From contig NC_043019.1 in the NCBI RefSeq assembly GCF_006345805.1, positions 9,733,360-9,797,359 on the forward strand: a stretch of 64,000 bases of DNA. The letters run 5' to 3'. Origin of the DNA: Octopus sinensis (taxonomy: Eukaryota). Under the pieces are notes generated by a model that saw only the letters and a list, made by a program, of their open reading frames with translations, made no database searches and was not told where the DNA came from. Made by a program: the position numbers and the translations under genes. This document shows positions 27,990 to 40,461 of the stretch, in pieces. Numbering within the stretch: position 1 is the first letter of the stretch; each line of letters begins with the position of its first letter.

Positions 27990-28298
27990 ATTAATTCATG
28001 GATTAATTCATCTTCTCTTCGAAACTAATAAGTTTTTAAAAATCTGTGATAAGACTGTGCATCATCATTAAGGAACTTTGGAAAACTGTTTACAACCTAT
28101 ATCTGCCTCTAATGGAACTATCTCCAATATCTCATGAGTATAACCTCACCCACTAAGATGTCTAGAGAACTCAAATGTATTTTAGCTGATGAGTACGGGA
28201 CACTTTTATCTGCTGCAATTTTTGCAACTTGTAATAAAGCCTGTCTTTGTATGAAACAATTGTACTAAAAACTAATCCATTCTTGTTGCTTCTTTCTC

Positions 28299-28346
<48 letters not shown>

Positions 28347-29214
28347 CAGAAGCAACAGAGTGACAAAAAGGCAAAGGGTTTTGTGTGTTGGCACTTATCA
28401 AACCTTTCATATATATATATATATATTTATCACTGACCTCATACCTTGTGAGAGGAATTTTACTCTGTACTGCAGTGTAATAAAGGCAGCTTCTGTATAG
28501 TTGCTTGCTCTGCTAGAAACAGCTTAATCTTCATCAAATTACACCTTACCATAAAAAAAATGAAAGAATACATTAGATTTATGTAAGACAAAAAAGACAC
28601 AAAGGTCATGACTAGGACTAGGACTCTTTTTTATCAATGCTCTGCTCAGTACTTTTACTGCTTATGCAGTAATAACTCATGACAACTAGGCGGGATTGGC
28701 CAGGACAGTATGGCATGACCTGGTCTCCCTTCAATATATAACCTATCCTTTTAACCAACTGCATTTTTCTGGAATGTACAGCTCACATAGGCTTGTGGAA
28801 ATTTCTGCCTAATAATAAGGATAACTTGGATGAATATGAGTGCACATATGTATGTGTGAGTGTGTGTATATATATATATATATATAAAACACATACACCC
28901 TTCTCTATGTCCACTCTGTTTTCCAGTGCTCTTTATTACTTTATATGAAGTCATTATATTTTGTTTGCTACTTAAAGAGAATCCCTAAAGCAGCCAGCAA
29001 GTTCTGTTTTTCATTTTGACATCTCAAAAATGATGTCCTAAAAATTTAAACCGTTGGAAAATAAAGAAATATATATAACATACAAAAACAGAAAATTATT
29101 ACCAGATATTCATTCTCATAATTTTGTTGGGTTTCCATTAATATTTTTAGAAACTTATCTAGCTAAATGTACTCTACATTTTCAAATATTTTTTCTTAAA
29201 ATTGTTTTGCTGTT

Positions 29215-29787
29215 CGATTATTGGCAGAATCTTTTGGATATCAGGCCAATTGCTTAGCAGCATTTCTTCTGGTTCTGAATATTCTGTGTTCAAATCCTGC
29301 TCAGATTAACCTTACCTCTCATCCTTTCAGAGTTGATGAGCTGGCAGAATCATTAGTACATCAAATAAAATACCCAGTAGCATTTCTTCTGGCTCTTTAC
29401 AGTGTGAGTTCAAATCCCACCAAGGTTAACTTTATCTTTCATCTATTTGGGGGTTGCTAAAAATAAAGTAACTAGTCAAGTACTGGGGAAGATTGAAGTA
29501 ATTGTCTAACTTCTCCCTTCAAAATGACTGTTTTCGGAGCCTAATTAAAAAACTGTTTTTACTATTATTCAGGTGAGCTGGGAGAATTGTTTGCATGCCA
29601 GGCAAAATGCTTAGCAATATTTCATCTGCCTTCACATTCAGAGTTCAAATTCTGCCAAGATTGACTTTGCCTTTTGTCCTTTCGGGGTAAATCCTAGTTA
29701 AGTACTAGGATCAATGTAACTGACCACCCCCTCCCTCAAATTTCAGACCTGTGCCTATAGTAGAAAGGATTATTATTATTATTATTA

Positions 29788-29836
<49 letters not shown>

Positions 29837-29837
29837 C

Positions 29838-29902
<65 letters not shown>

Positions 29903-29906
29903 TATC

Positions 29907-29965
<59 letters not shown>

Positions 29966-30265
29966 CAGAGCAGCAAGCTGGCAGAACTGTTAGCAAGCCA
30001 GGTAAAATGCTTAGCAGCATTTTGTCCATCCTTACATTCTGAGTTCAAATTCCGCCCTGTTTGACTTTGCCTTTCATCCTTTCAAGATCAATAAAATAAG
30101 TACCAGTTGCATACTGGGTCGATCTAATTGACTGGCCCCTTCCCCCAAAATTTTGTGCCTTGTGCCTAGAGTAGGAAAGGATAAAGTAAGTAGCAGTTGA
30201 GTACTGGGATCAATGCAACAACTTAATCCCTCCCTGGTCTTGTGTCAAAATTTGAAACCATTATT
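29215..30265 (+). mobile_element. head-to-tail array of 4-5 copies of the same SINE
   Basis: Copies at about 29215, 29336, 29570 and 29968, plus a 3' fragment at about 30180. Confidence 0.85.
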
Positions 30266-31004
30266 GTTATTATTATTGATTATTATTATTATTATCGTTA
30301 TTATTATTGGTAGTGGTGGTGGCGGTTGTGGTAGTAATTGAAGCAGAGTAGAAGGCAAAATCTTGTCTGGCTGAGTCCTGGTTTCACAACTTTCACATTT
30401 TTAACTAGTGTTCTTGAGGACAAAACATGAACATCACAAAGTCTTGTTTTTTCTCACTTCTTTAACTTTCAAGATGTTGCTGCATTCCATTGAAAAGAAT
30501 AAGATGATGATGAAAGAAGAACCAGACATGTTTTATGGTTGATTAAATCAGCCGTACTCCTTCCATACAAATATGGTGGGCCAAAATTAGAAATCATCAC
30601 CGTTGTTATCATTATTATTATTGCACATACATACACACCCACACACACTCAGTTCATCTTTCTATTTATCTGTCTCTCAACTTTTTATCTATCAATCAAT
30701 CCGTTCCCCAGTGGTTTACCAAACACAGTTCCAGCATTTTGAAACCATGTCCAGTAACAATCACCATTATCACACACCATTAATTATTTGATGATAGTAA
30801 TGATGGTAATAATAATAATAATGTTACTTGTTTTTTACCCACTGCTCTCTACATCCGACTTTGATTTAACCAACCTCTGAAAAACACTGAAAATTCTAAG
30901 TCGTTCTTATGATTTCTCTCTCTTTCTCTCGTTCACACTCCCTTTTTGTCTCTATTCATTTCATATATACATACATACAAACCCATGTGTGTATGTGGTA
31001 TAGG

Positions 31005-31150
31005 TGTAGGCGTTGCTTCCCAACTACATGGTTCTTGGTTCAGTCCCATTTCATGGCACCTTCAGAAAAGTGTCTGATACTCTAGCCTTGGGCCAACCAA
31101 AGCCTTGTGAGTGGATTTTGAAGACAGAAACTGAAAGAAGCCCGTTGTAT
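31005..31150 (+). mobile_element. second SINE family (cttcccaac..ggttcagtccc..ggcacc..gccttgtgagtggattt..gaaactgaaagaagccc); antisense copies at about 34990, 36245, 47345, 47665, 53905 and 63590
   Basis: Recurrent motif recognised on both strands. Confidence 0.75.
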
Positions 31151-31274
31151 ATATATACATGTGTATTTGTGTGTGTGTGCATGTGTGTGTATATATATGC
31201 TGTGCATATATATATGTGTAAGTATGTGTGTATGTACATATATATGTGTAAGTATGTGTGTATGTACATATATA

Positions 31275-31357
31275 CATTCGATCACAGCACCAATAACAGT
31301 TAAGCTTCGTGCAATGGCCATACTCGATAACAAGGGGGCAGCCATAATAATAATAAT
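31275..31357 (+). mobile_element. LINE 3' tail fragment with (AAT)n; inverted near-identical copy at 51849-51931
   Basis: 3 mismatches over about 75 nt against the reverse complement of 51849-51931. Confidence 0.85.
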
Positions 31358-31435
31358 GTAATGTGTGTGCATATGTATGCATATTTATGCATGTGTATGC
31401 ATGCATATATATAGGTATGTGTGTGTGTATGTATG

Positions 31436-31490
<55 letters not shown>

Positions 31491-31559
31491 GTATGTACAT
31501 ACATTTATGTGCGCTCACTTTGCAGGGAATTTCTGCTATTTATTTTATGTGTATATGTA

Positions 31560-31629
<70 letters not shown>

Positions 31630-31976
31630 TGTGTATGTGTGTCATGTTAGGCTGGAGATGAGAGCGATGACCTCTCTGGCAAACACTATATGGAGACAGG
31701 CTGTGTGTCGTGAGTCAGCTGCAAAAGATGTTTCCCTGCAGCTTCAACAACAGTAACGTTGTCCTTTATAGGACCGCCACATTCCGTTGGCAAATAAACT
31801 TTACTGTGTATATGTATGTATATATAAATGCATGCATGTATATATGTGTGTGTGTATGTGTATATGTATGTGCATATATATATGTGTGTGTATGTGTATA
31901 TATATATATGTATGCATGTATATATGTATATGTATATATATTTGTATGTATATGTATATACGTATGTATATATATC

Positions 31977-32009
<33 letters not shown>

Positions 32010-32279
32010 GTATGTATGTTTATATATATTTATATATATATATACATACATATACATATATATATTTGTACGTGTGTTTATATTTATATACATATGTATG
32101 TAAGTATGCATGTGGTCATAGTTTGATTCCGCTCTGTGTAGCTTAATGTTTCATACACTCATCACACAAACCAAGCTCTTCCAAACCTCCGTTACATAAC
32201 AAAAACTACATTTCATTGATGGCTTTGCAAGTTTCTGTTTTTCTCTGTCTGCCTCTCTCTTTCTCTCTCCTCTTTTCAG

Positions 32280-32297
32280 TCTCTTCATTGTTATCTG
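32280..32297 (+). CDS. candidate 18-nt alternative microexon (SLHCYL) in the cpo RRM
   Basis: About 46-nt AG-free pyrimidine tract ending ttttcag, then TCTCTTCATTGTTATCTG, then gtaaga. Frame-preserving with no stop, in unique sequence. Confidence 0.55.
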
Positions 32298-33539
32298 GTA
32301 AGAAATGTGGAGTGTCTGAATTGATAGTATATTAGACTGGATGCCTTATGGTCGTTCATGAGAGCCTTTCAAATTTTGCCACAGTTGACCACTTATTTGT
32401 TCTTTTGTGAGTGAATATAAAATAAACATCAGCCATGCTCTGAACTGATTTCATTGGTATAGTGCCCATTATCCGAAATTTGAGGTCTTGTGCTTATATG
32501 AGAAATCCATTGTTAATTGTTTGCAAGATACTTGAAGAGTCACTTGTCTTACATCTGAAATATTTAACTAGGACATATATACAAATATATATATGCCTAT
32601 GCCAGTATTAGTGTATGCTCTGAAAGAATACTTTAATTCCATTTATGGATGCTACTTTTGCTAGGTATTGGATTGTGGATAGCATATAGCCATGAGCTTC
32701 AAACTTAAAAATGTGCTTCTACTGGTTCTACAGAAAGCCACAGTGTATCACTTTAGTTGTAAATAGAGTGACAAATACAATTTCTTATATGCTATTTTCT
32801 TTCCAATTCTATAACTAAAAACATCAAAGATCTTTGCCTTGTAAAGATGGAAATCAAGCAGATAGGAATATAGCAAATTTACAATATTATTTCTCATAGT
32901 TCTTCAAATACTTTTAATACAATATAATGATATCCTCTTAATGGAATAGAGCCTATTGTTTCAGGAAACTGACAACATTAGTATTATTTATCATTGCAAT
33001 GCCACTTACTGGCTAGGATGAAATTAAAGATAAATTTCCCTCAAATCACACCCTAAAATTATTGTTTCATGATACACTTGGCTGAAAATATAAATTGGCA
33101 ATTGTTATGATCGAAATACATTTTATTTATAGATCTATTTGATCCAATTTGACATGGGCATAAACAAATCTAGTGGTAATAGCTTGTCACTGATGGTAAA
33201 TATCTATCTCAGATATAACAGAAGCATATTGATCATGCTTAGATAATTTTTCGTTTTTATATCGATTTCAGCTACTTCCTTGACCCTAGGCTTCAGCTGT
33301 TATGATGCCAACTCAACTTTCGCTTGATTTTCTTACCTTTATTTCAACCTGTCACAAAACAGATTTCTAGAGAATGTTGAAATGTAATGTATGCCACGTG
33401 TTACAAAATCATATAACATGAAGAATACATTAATGACAGAAAATTGAAGTTGTAGCTAAATATCAGGAACAGAAGAATGTTATGTTTAACACATTCCAAT
33501 ATTTAATTTGAATCTCATAGAGATGACAAAAAAAGACTT

Positions 33540-33860
33540 CCTGAGCTGTTCCCTAACCTATGCCTTAGCATTTCTGACTTATAGACACATGCCAGGCATA
33601 TGCTGTCATATATAGGATGGATAAGACAATCAGCTGAGTACATTGGGAAGATTGTCCTGCTGCTTCCTTTGTCTGAGAGCGACAGGTAGTCTTTATATCT
33701 GATGGATTTGGCAAATGAGGTTGTGAGGTAGACAAGACTGAAAGGGTTGCAGACAGAAACCTTGCGCTTTGGCAAAGTCCTTATCTTTTCCAAGTTTCAC
33801 TTGAAAAGGTAAGCGTGGGCAGAGAGGGAAGTGCTGCATCCCCAGCAAATTCATTGAAAG
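33540..33860 (+). mobile_element. Tx1/L1-like LINE 3' coding relic
   Basis: Homologous to 60200-60480 (atcagctga, gaggtt.tg.gg..gac, aagtt.cacttg). Confidence 0.6.
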
Positions 33861-34579
33861 GGGGATGAAAGTGGAAAGGATGTTTCAAGTGAAAAGGTTT
33901 GTTCTGAACTTGCACCTGTAGACTGAGGGAAGAAGTTAGAAGGTAAGGAGAGGGCGCTTACCCCAGGTGTCAGGATGACTAGTTTTGTTAAGCTTCCATG
34001 ATCAGTCCTAGAAGATCTCTTGTCTTTTGAGGAATTATTTGATCTCTTTGTTCCTTTGTTTCTTTTACTCTTCACACACTTTATGTAACTCCATATTGGT
34101 ATCCTCTTGCACCATTCCTGACCTTTTTGGAAATCTTTAGGATTAATTAAGGAAACATTATTATTATTACCACTCTTCATCCTTTGAATAACATTATTAT
34201 TATCATTATTATTCACTCCTTAGTGTAAAAAAACTCAGTTGTTAGTCAACCAATTCCATTTTTGAATTAAGAAAACTCACATCACATTTAACACTCCACA
34301 TCATACACATTCACACACTCACTCAGACACACTTTGTGTATATATATATATATATATATATTTCTCTCTCACACCCACACACCATCACAAATACACATCT
34401 ACATTTTTATTGTACAATTGTCAATTATTTCCTTTTTAATGTGTGCACATGTGAGTCCCTGTGTGTGTATGTGTGTGTGTGTGTAAGTAGTAAAAATTTG
34501 GCTTAATATGACCAAACTCTTGTAAAGGTGTGTGTGTGTGTGCATACACACACATGCACACACCATCATCATAATCATA

Positions 34580-34905
34580 ATTATCATCATCATCATCATC
34601 ATCACATCCACTCGTTCGTGCTTGCATGAACCAGATGGAACTTACTGGGGGCAGATTTTGATCAGCTGGTTGCCCTTCCTGTTGCCAACCCTCACTTGTT
34701 TCCAAGTAAGGTAATATTTCCCTGAGACCAGGCATGGTTTTTCGTGAGATATTAGAAATGACTTTATTGCTTGTATGATGGCACTGTTCATTTACAAACA
34801 TCAAATGATACAACGGGACACACGCATACACATACTCATATATGTACATACATCATCATCGTTTAACAAACATCCACCTTATGTGTGTGTGTGTGTATAT
34901 ATGTA

Positions 34906-34963
<58 letters not shown>

Positions 34964-36240
34964 ATGAGTGTATGAGTATGTGTATGCAACAATGTGCTTT
35001 CAGTTTCTATTTACTAAATCTATTGGAATGGCTATAAAAAAAGACACTCACTTAAAATATCTTGTAATGGGGCTGAACCTGAAAGCAAATAGCTGGGAAG
35101 CAAGCCACACCTGCACATAGGACTGACCCATGGGTATTTTGCACCTTAGGCTTGTCTTACAATATGCAATTCCTGCTCCTACTACTTTCTCTTCTACTTC
35201 CTCTGGTCATCAACCTCTTTTACACCAGCTGAAAAATTTACCCTTCAAAATTATAATTCACTTGTAAACAAAGAAAACAGCTGTATGACTATGTGTATCA
35301 CTGAGTAAATCTGTAATTTGGTAAAGTTTGAAATGTTTCACTCCAAATCATGTGACTGGTCATTGAATACCCTCCATTACACCTTGCCAACTTTATATGT
35401 TCCTCCTCTGTTCCGAAGGTATTCTCACCAGCTCCCTTTGTTAATCAGCTTCCTTGTTTGTAATCAGATTTAAAATTTTGTCTAAATTCTTCAGAATATG
35501 TGAGGCTCACCCACCAGATTGTAGGACCATAGGCAGTTGCCTAGTACTTGGTATCAGAGCCAATGGTGATGATGATATATATATGTATGGAGGCAATGTG
35601 GCTGATGCTGGTGTCATGTGTCTAGCCCCTGTGCTGGTGGCATGTAAAAAGCACCTTCCAAGCGTTGGGCTTCACAGAGGCAATGACAAATGACCAGGAC
35701 CTTTGGCAATATGCCATATTTGAGAAGAAGACCCATCAAGCCAAGTAAAATCGTTTTGGTCATGGCAAATACTTGTGTCATGCAACTGGCACCTGTGACG
35801 GTGACATGTCAAAGCACCCATTACACTCTCAGAGTGGTTAGCATTAGGAAGGGCATCCAGCTGCAGAAACTATGCCAAACCGCACTGGAGTTTGGTGCAG
35901 GCTTCAGCCTAGCCAGCTTTTGTGAAACTGTCCCACCTATGCTAGCTATGATGATAATGATGAAATGTATAAATGTCTCCTCATCATCATGTTTCACTGT
36001 CCACCTCTCCATGCTTGCATGGGTCAGATGGAATTTTTTAGGGCAGATTTTCTATAGCCAGGTGCCCTTTCTGTCACCAATGCTTCCCTCTTTCCAAGCA
36101 GGGCAATATTTTCCCGTAGCAAAGCACGTTTTGCACAGAAGTCTGGAAATGAACAACCTTGCTTATATGATTGTGATGTTCATTTTCAACCATCACATGG
36201 TGTCTATGCAGAGGTACACATGCATATACATACTGTGCAT
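34580..36240. mobile_element. RTE-tailed short elements: 34580-34830 (-), 35590-35960 (+), 35983-36240 (-)
   Basis: (ATC)n/(GAT)n tails and tgcccttcc/ggaagggcatcc-type motifs. Confidence 0.75.
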
Positions 36241-36849
36241 ATGAAAACTACTCCATTCACAAGGCTTTGGTTAGCCCCAGATGATATTAGTAAACATTAA
36301 GGTGCCATGCAGTGGGACTGAACCCAAGACCACATGATTCAGAAGCAAGCTCCTTAACCACACAGTCACACCTTAACTGTACCTTTATATATATATATAT
36401 GCATATGCATATAATCAAAATAAGTAATGAGGATATCTACAGGTAATGCAGTACGATCGTTTCATGCAACTTCATTTAAATGAACAATGCAATCATTTCA
36501 TCAATTTAGAATGCAGAACAATCTTCAGCTGCACAAAGACATAGAATTTAATTAAATTAGAACAGATGTTCTAATTTAATCAAATTCTATGTTCTAATTT
36601 AACTAAATTCTGGTGCCTCAACTGAAGTACCATATTCATCTGAATCAAAATCATGGCTGGTCTTACCAATCAGTTTTACATAAAGAATACAACGGAGTGT
36701 TGGGCATCAACCTGATTATATAACTTTATGCACATCAGAGTTAGCCAAAGGGAATATGGCGACTGCTCCCTATTGTAAGAGTTGGATTAGTACAAGTCAG
36801 CGGCTGCTGTGAAAAAGTGGTGGAACAAAAAGAGTCAGGGATTAGTTTA

Positions 36850-37480
36850 GGAGTTATGTTCCTTGGTTGGGTATGCCATGAAGCCAGTAAGAGTTATCTT
36901 GAAGTGGCGAATGTGTGTATTTGGAATGTAGTACTCCTGTTGGGATGGGCTGTGTGGTATATGTAACAGTGTCATATGTAGAACTTTTTCTAGGGGTGTA
37001 GGTGTATATAGCTGTGGTTGTTGGTCTGTTTTTTTTCAGTAAAAGATAAAGCCATGGGGGAAGGGAGGTTATGTTAACATGTGGTGCATAATGTCTAAGG
37101 GGGGGGGGTATATCTAGGGGTATAATTTGTTTGAAGGTGTATGTGTCGGAAGTGGTGGGAGACAGTTTATTTTGTAGAGTGTCCACCTTATGGTGGTGTG
37201 TGCAGGTGTGTACATGGGTGCCTTGGGGTGTGCTTTGGTCAAACTCTTTTTGACAGGCTCAAGGGCATTGGTGAAAGGTTCCTTACAGATGGTCAAGGCA
37301 GGGGACCTGTGGTAGCAGTCATGGTGGAGCATGCAGGTACCATAGAATGTACCTCCTTTCATGCAGGCAAGGATTAAACACCTCACACCTACTATTCAGG
37401 TAAACATCCAGGTGTTGGGTACCTTCTAAAATCACTCCTTTCTCAGCCAAGCATAATCAGCACTTCCCGCTGCTATTGAA
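36850..37480. mobile_element. unclassified degenerate interspersed element; second copy at about 55130-55800
   Basis: Shared tgtacct.ct.tcatgcaggca...tccaggtg segment. Confidence 0.4.
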
Positions 37481-37883
37481 GTACAGTTTGCATCTTTCTA
37501 GGACCTTCCACTTTATGTTGTACTCCATGGCACTCTCTTTCAAAGTTCAGACAAGCTTGGCTAGGGTTGTAACATTACGTCTCTCTGGAATGTTGAATGA
37601 GGACTTGTTGTTATTAAAATGGTTTCTGAAGAGGCCTTCCATTTCCCCCACATATTTGCACATGCTCAGTTATCCATTGGGTCCTGTTGTTGTCACTTTT
37701 GCCTCGTAAACAACTGTTACCACATTGCAGAAGCTGTTTAGTGGACAAGTTGTATTACTCCTGCATGAGCATTCTGCCTCAGCCTCAGGTCTGCACTTAC
37801 TTACTAAAATCTTTTTTACACTAGGTGCTCAGTTGAAGGATAATCTCAGAGTATGTCCATTAAATACTTTGTTGAATCTATTG

Positions 37884-37934
<51 letters not shown>

Positions 37935-38229
37935 GTGTATATATATATATATATATATATGCATATATATATATATATATATATAGTGTATATATATATA
38001 TATATATATATATAAGTGTGTGTCAATCTTTTGCTCAGTAACATTTTTGCCTTTTTGAGCATCACTCTCCTAATAATATTACCTGTAAACATCTCTTGAA
38101 CTTTTCTTCATATTCTTTTTTTCTTTTCCATATTCAGTTTGCTTTGTGTGTGCAAGATCTCTCTCAAAACAGAGCCAAATTTTGATTTCACATGCAATTT
38201 CTTTATCTTCTAATCAGACTTAGAACCTC

Positions 38230-38760
38230 CAAACTAGTTACCTCCACTGTTATTGCACAACTTATAGAATTTTTTTCCAGTTTTAGAATGTGTTTTCAGG
38301 GTTTAGTACACAGTTCTCATAGCAATTATTCTTTGATCTTTTCCTTCATTTGAAATCAGCAACCTTTGAGGAAGACTTTCTACCTTGGGAACCAAAAAAA
38401 TGTCTGTAGGGGGCGCTGATCCAAAGTGTAGATTGGCTGGAGGATGAGAGTGTCTCATGCTTTGTTAAAATGTCATAGATAAACAGTGATTCGAAGGTAG
38501 GGTATTGTCATGGTGCAGCATGCAGGTTTTGTTTGTCTATGCATCAAGCTGCTTCCTTAGACAGTTTCTCTCAAACACTTCAGCACATCCAAGTAAAAAT
38601 CTTTAAGCCTTCCTGTCAAAAAATATTTTAAATCATCACTTTCACTTTTAAATGGCTCTTACATGCTTTTTGGGGTCACAGCAAGATTCGTGTGACAACT
38701 GCATTTTTGTTTTAGTATCTTCAGCCATTTTCATCACTTGTTATGACACTTTTCAAAAAG
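38230..38760 (-). mobile_element. degenerate mariner transposase relic
   Basis: Minus strand LHAAP*QYPT...SSSSQSTLWISAPYRHFFWFPR, a frameshifted HHDNAP / YSPDLAP.DFFLFP-like pattern. Confidence 0.5.
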
Positions 38761-40209
38761 TTTTCATCAGCATCCATGTGATTAAATAATTGTTATTTGA
38801 CTGTGTTTCAGTTCTACTTAACACAATGCATCTTCAATTTTCTTTTCAAAATCCTTTATCACAAACATTTACAGATGCCTATTTCTCCAGAAACTTCAAA
38901 ATAAAAAGAAAGAACAATTTTCATGCATCACAGTACACTCATTTGCAATGTGATCATCATCTATTGTCGTGGAAAATCATCCAGATTTGATATCATTGCT
39001 GGATGTTCTCAATTTGAAACACCAGTACTGCTTGTGACATTATGTGTGACTCAATCCACCTTCCCCAATAGACCTGCTTTCACATTAGAAAAGTTTCCAT
39101 ACAAAGTTTTTTTTTTCCAATCTAAAACAGAATTTAATATAAATATGTTCTTTGAAATATTTCTTTCATAGGCTTGCAATGCCTTAAATGTATGTTCACT
39201 CTGGCACAAGTAGATTAATGGCTAACTGATGTGGCATGATGTGGCTAATTACTAAATTAAAGTTGAGGTCACCCATACTCAGCATTGCAGTTGCAAACAT
39301 TTACCTGCTGGCTTGCATGCTGTTTTAAAAGTTTGGTTTCTTTTCAGACAGATCTTGTATATACTCTACTTCTACAAATGTTTCTATTCCAGAAGTAATT
39401 GAAAAAGCCGGGATTGTTCTGTCTGATGATAATGCTGTTTACTTCTATATGTTTGTCACACTTCAATATATCATTTCTGATTGATTTCTCTATTCCATGA
39501 CACATTAACAAATTCCAGAAGCCCACCTTCATTGCTAATGCAGCTTTCATTCAGTTTGCTAAAGAAAAATGACATATTTATAAACTGAAGCATTTTTCAT
39601 CCATATCTGTACAGCACAATCACTAAGTCCCATTAGGCATGAATATATTCGTTTTACCTTGCACAGATGGGCTATTAGAGTATATTGTTTTCAATAATTT
39701 TCATATCTTTGGAATGGCTCAACTCTGGCAGTTAATGGGCACTAAGCTTCTAATACATGATATCTCGCTTATTTTGGACACCATTTTTAACACAAAGAGC
39801 ATCATTGTTAAATATTGGCTCGTTTGGAGTTGTGAGAGCTGTATATACAGTCATTTTGCATATGATAAGTGCTGCAAAACAAAATATATTGCAACAAGTG
39901 AGTATAGAACACCATGCAAACCCAATCAGGTAGACACACACTTGTGCATACTCACACACGTCTATCAGCATACAGGCACAGAGAAACAATCTCTCCCTCC
40001 TCCTTTCATAAAACTTTTAACTTTTACTTGAAGAGTTTTTAGTCAAATAAATTAATCCCAGTACTAAATAATTAATAAGCCTTGCACTTTCTCTATGGAT
40101 CCTTTTTGCCAAACCACTAAGTTACAGACAAATATGTATGCATATATATATATATATATATATAAAGGACAAATGCATATATATATGTATATATATATAC
40201 ATATATATA

Positions 40210-40447
40210 TTCTCCCAAAGAGCCTGAGGGACCTGCACAAAGTGGATGTGGGTGTTTTCAAATCAAAACTGGACCTCTTCCTGTCAAGAGTCCCAAATGA
40301 ACCTACCTCACGGCAAGAGGTGCAAATGAGTATAGCGAAACCAAACTCAAATACCAAGTGCCACATATTCTAATATGATGGCTCTCAGTAATAACAGTGT
40401 AGCAAAAGAGTGGTGCCCCAGCATGGCCACACCTCCGAGCTGAAGCT
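40210..40447 (+). mobile_element. CR1-like LINE 3' end
   Basis: LPKSLRDLHKVDVGVFKSKLDLFLSRVPNEP, then a ggtgccccagcatggcc tail; flanked by (TA)n. Confidence 0.8.
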
Positions 40448-40461
40448 ACATATATATATAT

